A stretch of 64,000 nt of DNA from an uncultured Chlamydiales bacterium. GTDB lineage: Bacteria > Chlamydiota > Chlamydiia > Chlamydiales > Rhabdochlamydiaceae. The notes beneath the pieces were generated by a model. It was not told where the DNA came from. It searched no databases and saw only the letters and a list, made by a program, of their open reading frames with translations. Every line of letters begins with the position of its first letter. Position 1 is the first letter of the stretch. The stretch covers positions 384,001-448,000 of the forward strand of contig OY969554.1 of NCBI GenBank assembly GCA_963700985.1, given 5' to 3'. This document shows, one piece after another, positions 1 through 9,469 of this stretch. The position numbers were made by a program, and so were the translations under genes.

Positions 1-830
1 GCCTTACCGGGCTTTTAGTGGGAGCGAATGCAGCCGTGGGAATTCAAGAAGAGCTTTCGCTCTTAAGTGAGCTCTGCGAAGTTTATGCCAAAGATCCAGC
101 GCTTGACGAAGAAGCAAAGGCGCGTGCTTGTCTGGCATTTTTGCAAAACAAGCTGGAGATTTCTTCAGAAGAAGAAGCTGAAATTTTAAAAACAGTTCAA
201 GCAGATATTTCTCTTCTTTCTAATGAAGCACGCATGGGCAAAGCCGAAGAGTTAATTGATACGCTCTTAGCTCGAAAAAATAGCATGTTAAGTCGTGTGC
301 TAGGCGAGCAATGCGTTTCGGATATTCTCGCTGGAAATATGGACGCAGCTCCAGCGCTAATCGAACGTGTTTTTTCCCTAAACCAACAGAAGGTTTTTAC
401 TTCAATTCTCTCACTTGCTCTGTGTGTATTGGGTATTGCGGCTACGTTAATTCCTATCATCACTTCTGTGCCTGCTGCGGCAATTGTAGCAGCTGGGCTA
501 AATGCACTTACTTCTGTTGTCTGGTTTGGATTTGATTTAAACCAACTGATTCAAGCGCTGCGAAATGCGGCTCCCGGAAAATATGATAACTTCCTGCTGG
601 CTACGCTCTCTTTAACCTGCATCGTAGCCGTCAGTCTTTCACTGCTGCTGGCTAATGGAATTGTAATGGATGTTGTGACCGGCAGCTTAGGGCTGCTCTG
701 GTTAATCGTGAATGTGGTTTGTCTTTTCCGCCGTTCTGTGCTTGCAAATCAGCTTGCAGAGAGCGATCTTCCACCCCCTTTAGAAGCTGCTTTAGAATCA
801 GACCCGCAAGCTTTTAGAAGCGCAGTTTAG
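1..830 (+). CDS. Hypothetical membrane protein, Inc-like (two bilobed hydrophobic hairpins); probably 5'-partial
   Basis: Frame is open from the window edge; helical N-part followed by two long hydrophobic stretches (ILSLALCVLGIAA...VVWFGF; FLLATLSLTCIVAV...IVNVVCLF). Confidence 0.6.
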   Translation, partial: LTGLLVGANAAVGIQEELSLLSELCEVYAKDPALDEEAKARACLAFLQNKLEISSEEEAEILKTVQADISLLSNEARMGKAEELIDTLLARKNSMLSRVLGEQCVSDILAGNMDAAPALIERVFSLNQQKVFTSILSLALCVLGIAATLIPIITSVPAAAIVAAGLNALTSVVWFGFDLNQLIQALRNAAPGKYDNFLLATLSLTCIVAVSLSLLLANGIVMDVVTGSLGLLWLIVNVVCLFRRSVLANQLAESDLPPPLEAALESDPQAFRSAV

Positions 831-1854
831 CGCTAACGCTTAGGCCTTGAAACGTCAAGTTTCCACGCTCTCGAATGCCTATTCCGGATGATGTAACCCC
901 TTCTGTTGTAAAGAGATATATCTGATTTTGATTAAACCAAACTGTATATTCCCATCCCGCATCAATCTCAAGCTGGTAGCGATTTTTGCAGCTACCGGGC
1001 TCGAGATGCAAGCCTAGCACTAGATCCACTTCAGGAATGACATCATAAAAATGATCGCTTACATACACATAACGGCCATTTGCTGGGGGAGTAATTGTAT
1101 CGAGAGTTTCGGTGAATTTTTCTGTCTCATGAAATCTTCCGCCCGCTAGACCCGCAGCTAAATTTCCAAATATCCCAAAGTGGGGTGTGATGTACCAGCG
1201 CGAATTGACTCCACCTCTTAAGCCCACTCCGTGAAAGTCATTATTGAACTTTTGTTCATGTGCTTGTGAACCGATGCCATTGCTATAAAGATAGTCAACT
1301 TTGTAATCCTGGTTTATCCACACACCGCGCAAACCAATTTGCGGGCGAAGAAATAAGCGTGGAATGATTTCATAACGACGGCCAAGCTCGAGATCTACTG
1401 TGTCGTAATGTACTTTTATCTTAGCCGAGCTTGTGCGGATCTCTCCGCTGATGAAATTGGGCTGATCTAAAATGGCAAAAAGGGGATTTAAAGCACTATC
1501 TCCTGAATGCGAAGCCGATTTTTTGCCTTCGGTATGAAAGCGCGTCCAGTTTACCCAGATATCCCAAGTGCGTTTGGGGATGATGTAACCTGCGCCCACT
1601 CGAAAGCCTCGATCCCATTTGAAATGAGGTTTAAAGATTTTGCCTTTTTTTACGGCTTCGGGATTCGGATTAGAGGGTCCTTTTACGCCAGAAAGTGCGA
1701 ACTCAAGTCCCTCTTCATGCATCTTCCAATAAAGAAAATCAGCGGTCACAAATACATCAACATGCGTACTGCAAGGCTCTGGCGGAGTAGAATCAGCATG
1801 CACAGCAGCAGATAAGAGGCTTGCTGCAGCAAGTAGAAAAGAGCTATGCTTCAT
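814..1854 (-). CDS. Legionella MOMP-like (Lpg1974-type) outer-membrane porin
   Basis: Signal peptide, ADFLYWK...EGLEFA, WDRGFRVGAGY, DLELGR, GWEY..WFNQ motifs, C-terminal LRF. Confidence 0.8.
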   Translation of the reverse strand: MKHSSFLLAAASLLSAAVHADSTPPEPCSTHVDVFVTADFLYWKMHEEGLEFALSGVKGPSNPNPEAVKKGKIFKPHFKWDRGFRVGAGYIIPKRTWDIWVNWTRFHTEGKKSASHSGDSALNPLFAILDQPNFISGEIRTSSAKIKVHYDTVDLELGRRYEIIPRLFLRPQIGLRGVWINQDYKVDYLYSNGIGSQAHEQKFNNDFHGVGLRGGVNSRWYITPHFGIFGNLAAGLAGGRFHETEKFTETLDTITPPANGRYVYVSDHFYDVIPEVDLVLGLHLEPGSCKNRYQLEIDAGWEYTVWFNQNQIYLFTTEGVTSSGIGIRERGNLTFQGLSVSAKLRF

Positions 1855-1910
1855 TTTAGGTGTCCTGCAAAGAAAATTGAATAATAAGTTGTAACTTAAA
1901 GAAACTTTTT

Positions 1911-2783
1911 ATGAAAGATCTGGTTGCTGATTTTATGAGTTATCTCGCTTCTGAAAAGGGGCTAGCGCGCAACACGATTGTGGCATACACACAGGATCTT
2001 GAACATTTTTTCTCTCTGCTCGACACACGCAAAATTACCAACATTGCGGATGTTAATGAAGAGGTAGTTATTGCTTTTTTAGCCCATCTGAAAGCGCATA
2101 ATTATGCTAGCAGTAGTGTCTGCCGCATGCTTATGGCTGTGAAGGTCTTTTTCCGCTTTTTAAAGCGCGAAAGGCGTGTGGTGCATGACGCTACAAGTTA
2201 CTTAGATACACCTAAGCTGTGGCAATTGATCCCGGAAGTTTTAGCGATTGAAGAGATGGAGCGGCTGCTTGCAGCCCCCAATATAGAAAATGCTCAAGGC
2301 GCGCGCGATAAAGCTATTTTAGAGGTGCTCTATGCATCTGGTTTGCGTGTCTCTGAAATTTGTGGGTTGAACATTCAGGATTTAGATGACGCCAGCGTAC
2401 GTGTAAAAGGCAAAGGTGGAAAAGAGCGCATCGTGCCCATTGCTCAAGTTGCTGTGCAGGCCGTAGATCAATATCTCTTGCAGCACCGCAAAGCACCCGA
2501 AAATGAGCCGGCGCTGTTTGTGAGTTCTACGGGCAAGCGCATCGATCGAATAGAGGTCTGGAAGCGCGTTAAGCACTATGCTAAGCTTGCTGGGATTAAT
2601 CGGCCGATTTCACCGCACACGCTGCGCCACTCTTTTGCCACGCATCTTTTAGAAAATGGGGCAGATCTTCGCGTGATTCAAGAGATGCTCGGTCATGCCA
2701 GCATCGCCACCACCGATCGTTACACCCACATCAGCCAGAAGCATCTACAAGACGCCTTTCAGGCATTTCATCCTCGGCCTTGA
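1911..2783 (+). CDS. xerD: Site-specific tyrosine recombinase XerD
   Basis: LYASGLRVSE, GKGGKERIVP, SPHTLRHSFATHLLENGADLRVIQEMLGH, catalytic Tyr. Confidence 0.92.
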   Translation: MKDLVADFMSYLASEKGLARNTIVAYTQDLEHFFSLLDTRKITNIADVNEEVVIAFLAHLKAHNYASSSVCRMLMAVKVFFRFLKRERRVVHDATSYLDTPKLWQLIPEVLAIEEMERLLAAPNIENAQGARDKAILEVLYASGLRVSEICGLNIQDLDDASVRVKGKGGKERIVPIAQVAVQAVDQYLLQHRKAPENEPALFVSSTGKRIDRIEVWKRVKHYAKLAGINRPISPHTLRHSFATHLLENGADLRVIQEMLGHASIATTDRYTHISQKHLQDAFQAFHPRP

Positions 2784-2793
2784 GCGAGCAAAA

Positions 2794-2824
2794 AAAAGAT
2801 CCACCTTTTTGAGGTGGATCTTTG
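2794..2824. terminator. Bidirectional intrinsic terminator
   Basis: AAAAGATCCACCT-loop-AGGTGGATCTTTT between convergent genes, A/T tracts on both sides. Confidence 0.85.
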
Positions 2825-2850
2825 TTAGTTAAGTGATGAGAATTTTTCGA

Positions 2851-4161
2851 TTACTTGATGCCTAAACGCTTGAAAATTTTATTGAAGTCTTCTTCTAGTT
2901 TTACACCAGTTGGACTAGGTGTAGTTTTTGCAATCATGAGATCGAAAAGTTCATCGAACTGCTTATCAGCATCAGCAGTTTTAGGTCTTCCTTTTTTAAT
3001 CTGGTCTAACAATGTATGCATTTTAGCTGTGGAATCAGCATCCATGCCCATTTTTATAGCGAAGCCATTGATGACTTCTGGTGTGAACTCAGAAGCATTT
3101 TCTTGAATAGATTGTATAAAATTACCTCGGCATCCCGAGCTTCCAAAGCTAGGACTTCCTACCCATCTTAAAGCCCCATCACTATTTCTCATTTTGTGTA
3201 GAGCATCTCTAATTGGCTTTGAACCGAGGATCATTTCAAAATGCTTGAGAGGATGTGCTTTCCTATCTGAATTGGGATCTTTTAGATATCTTTCTGTGGC
3301 CATAAAGTTGCTTTTATAACCTACTAACCAAACAATCCCAGTGTCCGCAGTTTTTATGAGCATAGATGTGATTAGCCTTTTGACATCTTCCTGCATTGGG
3401 GCAAGAGCATCGTAGGCGGCTTTTGCAGTCACAGTTGCCACAGCTAATTCAGCTGCAGCCGGTGCTACGAGAGCAGGGGCTGCTTGCTGGGCTTCAGTTA
3501 CGAGTGGTGCAGCGGGAGCAGCAACGAGGGTTTCGATTTTAATAGCCACAGGAGCAGGATTAATTTGGACTGGAGGAGGAGTCGGAGCGACCTCATTTGA
3601 TCCCCACATTTTCTTGCAGAACATATTTGTTAAAAACCCCACACCAACAGCAGCAGCACCGACCACGAGAAGGGGAGCGCCGATTAGTGATGCAGTAGCA
3701 CCAGCCACAGCGCCAGTTGCAACAGTGAACATGCCGTGAGAGCATGATGGCTCAATTGGGGCTTCAGATGAGGCTTGTGCTGGAGTTTCTAATTCAGTTT
3801 CATTCGCTTCAATCAGTTCTAGCCCTAACTTTTCTGGCTGAGGTGCTTGTTTCGCTTGTTCTTGATCCAATTCTAGATTCTTAATGTGGCTATTTAATTG
3901 TGTGTATTCTTTGACAAGTCGTTCAGCTTGTGATCTTTTGTAGAAGCGCATAAAAGCATAGCAAAAGCTATTCCAGGCATTTGTGACTTTTGACCAGAGA
4001 GATTTGGTGATAATTACGTCTTTTTTCTCATTAATTAAAGACGGGTCGATTTGACAGATTTCCCTCTTTAAATAATTGAGGTGAAGCTTTTTGCTTTCAA
4101 GAGTAAACCCACTGGTTGCTGTAACAGGTGTGGTAGAGGCAGGAATTGATCTTGTTGCCAT
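2851..4161 (-). CDS. Hypothetical protein, candidate secreted effector/Inc-like
   Basis: 436 aa; S/T/P-rich N-terminus, central hydrophobic hairpin, Ala/Pro-rich linker, AT-rich upstream region. Confidence 0.6.
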   Translation of the reverse strand: MATRSIPASTTPVTATSGFTLESKKLHLNYLKREICQIDPSLINEKKDVIITKSLWSKVTNAWNSFCYAFMRFYKRSQAERLVKEYTQLNSHIKNLELDQEQAKQAPQPEKLGLELIEANETELETPAQASSEAPIEPSCSHGMFTVATGAVAGATASLIGAPLLVVGAAAVGVGFLTNMFCKKMWGSNEVAPTPPPVQINPAPVAIKIETLVAAPAAPLVTEAQQAAPALVAPAAAELAVATVTAKAAYDALAPMQEDVKRLITSMLIKTADTGIVWLVGYKSNFMATERYLKDPNSDRKAHPLKHFEMILGSKPIRDALHKMRNSDGALRWVGSPSFGSSGCRGNFIQSIQENASEFTPEVINGFAIKMGMDADSTAKMHTLLDQIKKGRPKTADADKQFDELFDLMIAKTTPSPTGVKLEEDFNKIFKRLGIK

Positions 4162-4302
4162 AATAATTGCCTTAATAAAATATTAATTGTTTCTTAATAA
4201 CTATTTTAAACTAATTTGAATTATCAATCAATATTTAATTTTAATAATATAAATCATTTATATTCAAAGGTTTAATTAGGTGGTTTTTATTAAAATAGAG
4301 AT

Positions 4303-4339
4303 ATAACCTAAGCGGCTTAATATCAGCTTCTTAGGTTAT
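4303..4339 (-). terminator. Probable terminator hairpin
   Basis: ATAACCTAAG...CTTAGGTTAT inverted repeat just downstream of the 4350..6290 gene. Confidence 0.5.
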
Positions 4340-4349
4340 TTTGAAAGAA

Positions 4350-6290
4350 CTAGGATTTTGTGTGGAAAATAGGAAGCTCGAAGACCCCATTACTTTCGAT
4401 GTCTTTAGCGATATTCCAATACTCGTGCAGGGCGTTTTTAGGAATGTGATCTTGCAGGTGTTTTAGTTCAAAATGAAAATCGGCTTGATGGCGCTTTATC
4501 TTAAGCCCATGCCTAAAAAAGATCGATTCATGTTCGTAGATCTGCTTCTCGGATTCATTCCCCCAAGAATAGAGGGAATTATCAACATGAATGTGCTCTT
4601 TAACCCATAGAGGGTAAGAGAGAGCAAAAGGGGAGCTTCTTTCAGGGTTAATCCGGCTTTGAAGGTAGTTTTCCACAGTCGCCGAGGCAATTTCCAGTGT
4701 ATTACCTTCTTTCTGTTGTCTAGTGGGGATGTGATAAGATTCAGAGATAGAAATGATGTTCTCATCGCGAAGATCTTCAATCTCCATGGGAGCAAGGGCG
4801 TATCCGCCTCCATAACGCTCTTGCAAGTCATTTAAGCGATCTTTCGCGATTTCATCTAATCCTTCATTTTCAAGATACCCGCGAAGCATATCGGCTCTGA
4901 ATCCATAATAGGTTCGCGTCATGCGCAATTCTACGGATTGAGCTGAGCGCACCGAAAAGTAGGTTTCAAATTCAGAAGGTTTTTCAATTTGATGCTCTGG
5001 AAGTGTGATGAGCTCAGGGCGCTCTTTTGAGAGCAGCAGGCCGGTGTAGTAGTTAGGGAAATAGTTGTTCTGCAAAGTGCCGCCTTGCAAGCTCATGGTC
5101 GCATCTGCCCAAAAAGGAGTGCCCTCGATTTCTATCTGGATGACCGCGTGGTTGAAAGCAAAGGGTGTAGGGATCTCCTCAGAGAGCAGCTTGCCGCGGT
5201 GTGAATGAACCAGGAGGGGCGAGGAGTCGATTTGCATTAAATGCAGAAGGGCGCGAAGGAGCTGTGTTTTGTCTTTACAGTCGCCAAAGCGTTTCTTGAA
5301 GACCTCGCGGGGGTCATGTGGCCTAAATCCATTTACGCCATCTTCAAGTCCTAAATACCTAACTTCATCTTGCACGAAACGAAGTGCCAGCAGCGCGCGC
5401 TGCATGGGGTCATTTGTAGATTCTTTCCACTCATTGATTAATTCCAGCATCTGCTGGGGATAATCTTCATTAGCGATGGCGGAAAGATCAAAGAGAGGGA
5501 TGAGTTTTTCTGCGACTTCGCGCCAGGTTTGAAACTGACTTAAGTGTACGCGAGCAAGAGGAGAGTACCAAGCTGGTCTATCCGTTTCATAAATATAGAC
5601 AGGGGTTTGGCTGACTTCCCAAGACCACTCGCGTAAATCAGAAGAAAGATCGTTGATTTTAGGCGTAAGTGTTGTGTTGATGGCTTGAATCACAAAGGGG
5701 TGATCGGGATGGCTGAGAAAACGGTAAGAAAGCTTTTCGATCGATGCTGTATGTTGAAGAAAAAAACTATCAGAATAATGAGAGGAAAAGAGAGGGTTTT
5801 CCCCAATTTTTGAATAGGCGTAATCGACAATGTCTCCTACGCGAATGTCGTCTAGGATATAAACCAGTGAAAGATCGCCGCTAAAAATTCCTTGATCGAG
5901 ACCTTCTTCTTTTTGAATTAGATGGTGCTGCGAGCTGTATATCCGTTCCGACCACTCTCCATCGCGAAAGATGCGGATGTCGTGTAAGATGAGTTTCTGA
6001 AACGAGGGCTCAAAGCTGATACTCAATTGAGAAATTCCCTCAACGCCACTTTTAGTCAGCGCCTTGAACACAAAATGGTTGTAAACAGTTTGTTCTGGCC
6101 AATTTCTCTGCTCATCTATTAGGAGGCACTGCACATTTTCTTGAGATGGAAGCACTTCAAGCGGGAAGTCTGAAGGTCTAACCCAAGCAGGTGCAGGCGC
6201 TATGCAGAAGTTGTCACATCCAACTTCTTTTTGAGTGGCTGTTAAAAGAAGCGCTGGAAAGCAGATAAGAAAAAAGAAACGGCGAAGCAT
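4350..6290 (-). CDS. DUF3857 + transglutaminase-like domain protein
   Basis: Signal peptide; DIRVGDIVDYAYS; FVQDEVRYLG; GDCKDK, FNHA, DAT (Cys-His-Asp triad). Confidence 0.85.
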   Translation of the reverse strand: MLRRFFFLICFPALLLTATQKEVGCDNFCIAPAPAWVRPSDFPLEVLPSQENVQCLLIDEQRNWPEQTVYNHFVFKALTKSGVEGISQLSISFEPSFQKLILHDIRIFRDGEWSERIYSSQHHLIQKEEGLDQGIFSGDLSLVYILDDIRVGDIVDYAYSKIGENPLFSSHYSDSFFLQHTASIEKLSYRFLSHPDHPFVIQAINTTLTPKINDLSSDLREWSWEVSQTPVYIYETDRPAWYSPLARVHLSQFQTWREVAEKLIPLFDLSAIANEDYPQQMLELINEWKESTNDPMQRALLALRFVQDEVRYLGLEDGVNGFRPHDPREVFKKRFGDCKDKTQLLRALLHLMQIDSSPLLVHSHRGKLLSEEIPTPFAFNHAVIQIEIEGTPFWADATMSLQGGTLQNNYFPNYYTGLLLSKERPELITLPEHQIEKPSEFETYFSVRSAQSVELRMTRTYYGFRADMLRGYLENEGLDEIAKDRLNDLQERYGGGYALAPMEIEDLRDENIISISESYHIPTRQQKEGNTLEIASATVENYLQSRINPERSSPFALSYPLWVKEHIHVDNSLYSWGNESEKQIYEHESIFFRHGLKIKRHQADFHFELKHLQDHIPKNALHEYWNIAKDIESNGVFELPIFHTKS

Positions 6291-6434
6291 ATTTTCCTGA
6301 ACGTTACAAAATGTTCAAAAAAGCATAACCACACGCCACTTATTTCTCACAAAAAAATGCTGGACAGCAAGAGATTCTGCCAATAGGATGCTTGATCCAT
6401 AAAAAAGTATTGCAAAAAGAATTAGGGCCAAATT

Positions 6435-8492
6435 ATGAAATTCTACATCGCGTTTATTCTTATTTTATGCACAAAGGTCGGTTCCATTTTTGGTGTTGAT
6501 CTAGAATGTCCCCATGGTTGTAAGGGAAAATCGATTAGAAGGGTTGGCGGGCTTTTTGATGATCTTCTGTATGATATAAAATCTACAGCTTTTAAGGACT
6601 ACTTTAATGGTTTAGCTTTTAGTGTTGAAGATTACGCTTTAATTATCCACGTGCGCAGGCCAAAATTTGGTTTGGCTTATGATTTGAAATGGCCTCGCAT
6701 TTACAAACCAGGATTTTGTTGGGATACCGAGGTTTGGTCAGATTCTTACGATCCTAAATATGATAGATGGGGTTTAATCAAAAAATATGATTCTGAAAGC
6801 AATACTTGGGAGGTTTCCTGGGATATTTGCAGAACTTGTTTTGACAATTCCAGCCCGATACAAAATCCAGAGTTGTCGAAATCCGGACCATCGTTTTTTA
6901 CATCCAGCCGTTATTCCAGCTTTGATGCTGCACTCTCCTTGCTCAAAAAAGATCTCGATATTTGTTTTGCTTCCCATTTTGATTTTTTTAAGCGAGCACA
7001 AGAGAAATGTAATAGCGAAATCGAGAGAGTAAGAACGATAATTGAAGAACGAGGAGACCGTTATGTAGATAGCGATTATACGATTTTATATCGTTCCGAT
7101 AGAATTAAAGCTTTTTCTAAAAACATCTCAGACATCGTTAAAGTTTCTCATCTGTTAGATAATCAACATATAAAAGTGGATGCACTCATTGCTAATGCTC
7201 AAATTTCTGCAAGAGCGATCTATTCTGAAATTTATGACGAGTGCATTAAAAATCACCAGGCTCTTAGCGCATTTTATGAGAGAGGACTTTTATGTTTTGA
7301 TGAAGGAAATTTTTATCAATCCTTAGAAAATATCCTAGCGCTGATTGAGAAGGCAAAAGGGGGTGAGAAAGAAACTTCAATCCCCATAGATGCTTATTTC
7401 TACAAAGGCTCTGCGGAATCTGAGCTCGGATTGTATCATGATGCCATTCAATCATTAAGCTACGCCATTGAGAAGAATCCGAAAAACCAGGATGTATATT
7501 TAGAAAGAGCGATCGCTTATTTCGAAGATGGGCAAATGGAATCTTCGCTTAATGATTATTTGCAATCAGGTCTAAAAAGCACGCCACTCCAAGAAGTACT
7601 TAACTCAGAAGGAGCTGACAGTCGTCTTGAATATGCTACAGGGCTTATACAAGCCGGAATGTTCTTGGGTGGAATAGAGGGCGGGGTAGAGGGCTTAATC
7701 GAGATTATACCTTCTCTTCTTCATTCAGCATCTGGTTTAGCAAATGGGCTCTATGCGCTTGCCTTAAATCCCATGCAGGTTTCTGTAGAATTTATCTCTA
7801 GCTGTAAAGAGTGCGTCAACTGTCTTAGGGAAAACCCTGAACTGTTAAAAGAATGCATTCTTGAAGTAAAGGAGTTAGTGGATAACTTTGATAAAACTAG
7901 TGAGTTCCAGAAGGGAGAGCTCATGGGTAAAATCATTGGTAAGTATGGTGTTAATGCATTTGCTGCGGCTAAGATCGCTAAAGCTGGTAAAGCTTATCTT
8001 GATTTGAAACGTGCAAATACTCTTCTTACTTTTGAAGCCTTCAATAAGGCGCCTCCTGAAAAAGCCACGGCTCTTGCACAAGCCTCCCAGAAATGGCGCA
8101 ATCAGCATCTAAAGACTATCGAAGAATTTAAAGCTGGCAAGGAGATGATAAAACCTTTTCAGGGAAAATATTTGGATGAGACCGCTGCTCGAAAAGTTCT
8201 ACATCAGGCTGGGTTTAAGACTTTTCCTCGTTTTAAGGGGTTACCGGAAAATTATCGGGTTAAGCTATCGGGCAAGGGGGGTGGTATGAAGTACGTACAC
8301 CCTAATGATGAGGGAACATATATAAGAGTAATGCCCGGAACTTCGCATAGCCCACATCCCTGTCAACAAAAACCCTATGTAAATCGCCGGATTAATGGAC
8401 AATCTATTGATAAATTTGGCAAAGTTGTAGCCCATGATTCACCCGAAGCGCATATACCCTTAGAGGAATTCACCTTCATAACTGAACCATAA
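6435..8492 (+). CDS. Signal peptide + TPR protein with putative C-terminal polymorphic toxin (nuclease-like) domain
   Basis: TPR helices (AFYERGLLCFDEGNFYQS; AYFYKGSAESELGLYHDAI; VYLERAIAYFEDG), Gly/Ala-rich helical segment, basic tip with IRVMPG...QQKPYV...PEAHIP. Confidence 0.7.
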   Translation: MKFYIAFILILCTKVGSIFGVDLECPHGCKGKSIRRVGGLFDDLLYDIKSTAFKDYFNGLAFSVEDYALIIHVRRPKFGLAYDLKWPRIYKPGFCWDTEVWSDSYDPKYDRWGLIKKYDSESNTWEVSWDICRTCFDNSSPIQNPELSKSGPSFFTSSRYSSFDAALSLLKKDLDICFASHFDFFKRAQEKCNSEIERVRTIIEERGDRYVDSDYTILYRSDRIKAFSKNISDIVKVSHLLDNQHIKVDALIANAQISARAIYSEIYDECIKNHQALSAFYERGLLCFDEGNFYQSLENILALIEKAKGGEKETSIPIDAYFYKGSAESELGLYHDAIQSLSYAIEKNPKNQDVYLERAIAYFEDGQMESSLNDYLQSGLKSTPLQEVLNSEGADSRLEYATGLIQAGMFLGGIEGGVEGLIEIIPSLLHSASGLANGLYALALNPMQVSVEFISSCKECVNCLRENPELLKECILEVKELVDNFDKTSEFQKGELMGKIIGKYGVNAFAAAKIAKAGKAYLDLKRANTLLTFEAFNKAPPEKATALAQASQKWRNQHLKTIEEFKAGKEMIKPFQGKYLDETAARKVLHQAGFKTFPRFKGLPENYRVKLSGKGGGMKYVHPNDEGTYIRVMPGTSHSPHPCQQKPYVNRRINGQSIDKFGKVVAHDSPEAHIPLEEFTFITEP

Positions 8493-8861
8493 ATGAATAC
8501 AAAAAACACTCAAGTTAAAAAGCAAATCCTTGAAGGCTTTTTAAAGAACATTCTTATTTTATCTGATCAGGAATATCAAAGAAGAGTATGGATCGAAGGG
8601 CGTGGTCCTGAAATCCATAGTTTCGATGAAGCTGTTTGTGATTTCTTTGATTTAGGGGAGTATATCTTTGCTCACCCTCAAAGCTATGGCCTTACAGATG
8701 CACAATTCAGGTTGCTCACAAAGTTTCGAGAGCGATTTATAATTTTTGCAGATGATAACGACTTTCCTGAAAAATTTATAGATACATCAGGATGGGAGGA
8801 GATTATACAAATGGCAAAGGAAATCTTAAAATCTTTCAAATATCAAAAGAATTGTACGTAA
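8493..8861 (+). CDS. Putative cognate immunity protein
   Basis: Starts directly after the toxin stop (TAAATG); small, acidic core; LSDQEYQRRVWI..SFDE..CDFFD and W..I...A motifs. Confidence 0.7.
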   Translation: MNTKNTQVKKQILEGFLKNILILSDQEYQRRVWIEGRGPEIHSFDEAVCDFFDLGEYIFAHPQSYGLTDAQFRLLTKFRERFIIFADDNDFPEKFIDTSGWEEIIQMAKEILKSFKYQKNCT

Positions 8862-8912
8862 AATACACCAAGCTATCTTTCGGTGCTGAAAGGTTTGGGG
8901 TGAAACAAGAGA

Positions 8913-9265
8913 ATGATGACTAAAATGCAGTGGATTAAACTCATTTAAGATTGTATTTCAGAGATTGCCGATCCAGATTTTCAAGAACGAGCATGGATAA
9001 AGGGCGACGTTAATGAATATTGTTGCTTTGATGAGACCATGTCCAGGTTATTTAATAATGCAGATTTAAGCGATTTTCTCGATAATTATGTGGTTAAGTT
9101 CAATCTTTCTGCTGGGCTAAAGACGAGTATAGGAAAAAACGGACGTATTATCTTGATATAGAAATCGTCAATGACTCTGAGTGGCACACAATTCAAAAGC
9201 TTGCCCAATCCGCACTTGATGCATTTAAAGACTTTAACTTTTCTGAAGAACCAGGGCCAGTTTGA
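8913..9265 (+). pseudogene. Orphan immunity homolog, pseudogenised
   Basis: Manual translation MMTKMQWIKLI*DCISEIADPDFQERAWIKG...CFDETMSRLF, frameshift near 9120, then IVNDSEWHTIQKLAQSALDAFK; aligns with 8493..8861. Confidence 0.75.
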
Positions 9266-9469
9266 AGCTTCTAATCTGATTTTTTGAATCTGAGCGATTT
9301 GTTAAGCGCGTTTTCAGGAAGAGAAATTGATAGGTGGCTTTTACCTTTTGAGTCTGCGAAGTCTTTATAATTCCTTAAAAAAACTTTTGAGATAAAAACA
9401 TTCTTAGGACTACCATTCGCGCATGCAAAAAAATTTGCAAATCGACATCAATTACAAAAGGAAAATGTT

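Noticed and set aside
1911-2783. Tyrosine recombinase as a prophage or island integrase
   Set aside because: Sequence is typical of housekeeping XerD; no att repeats, tRNA or phage genes seen
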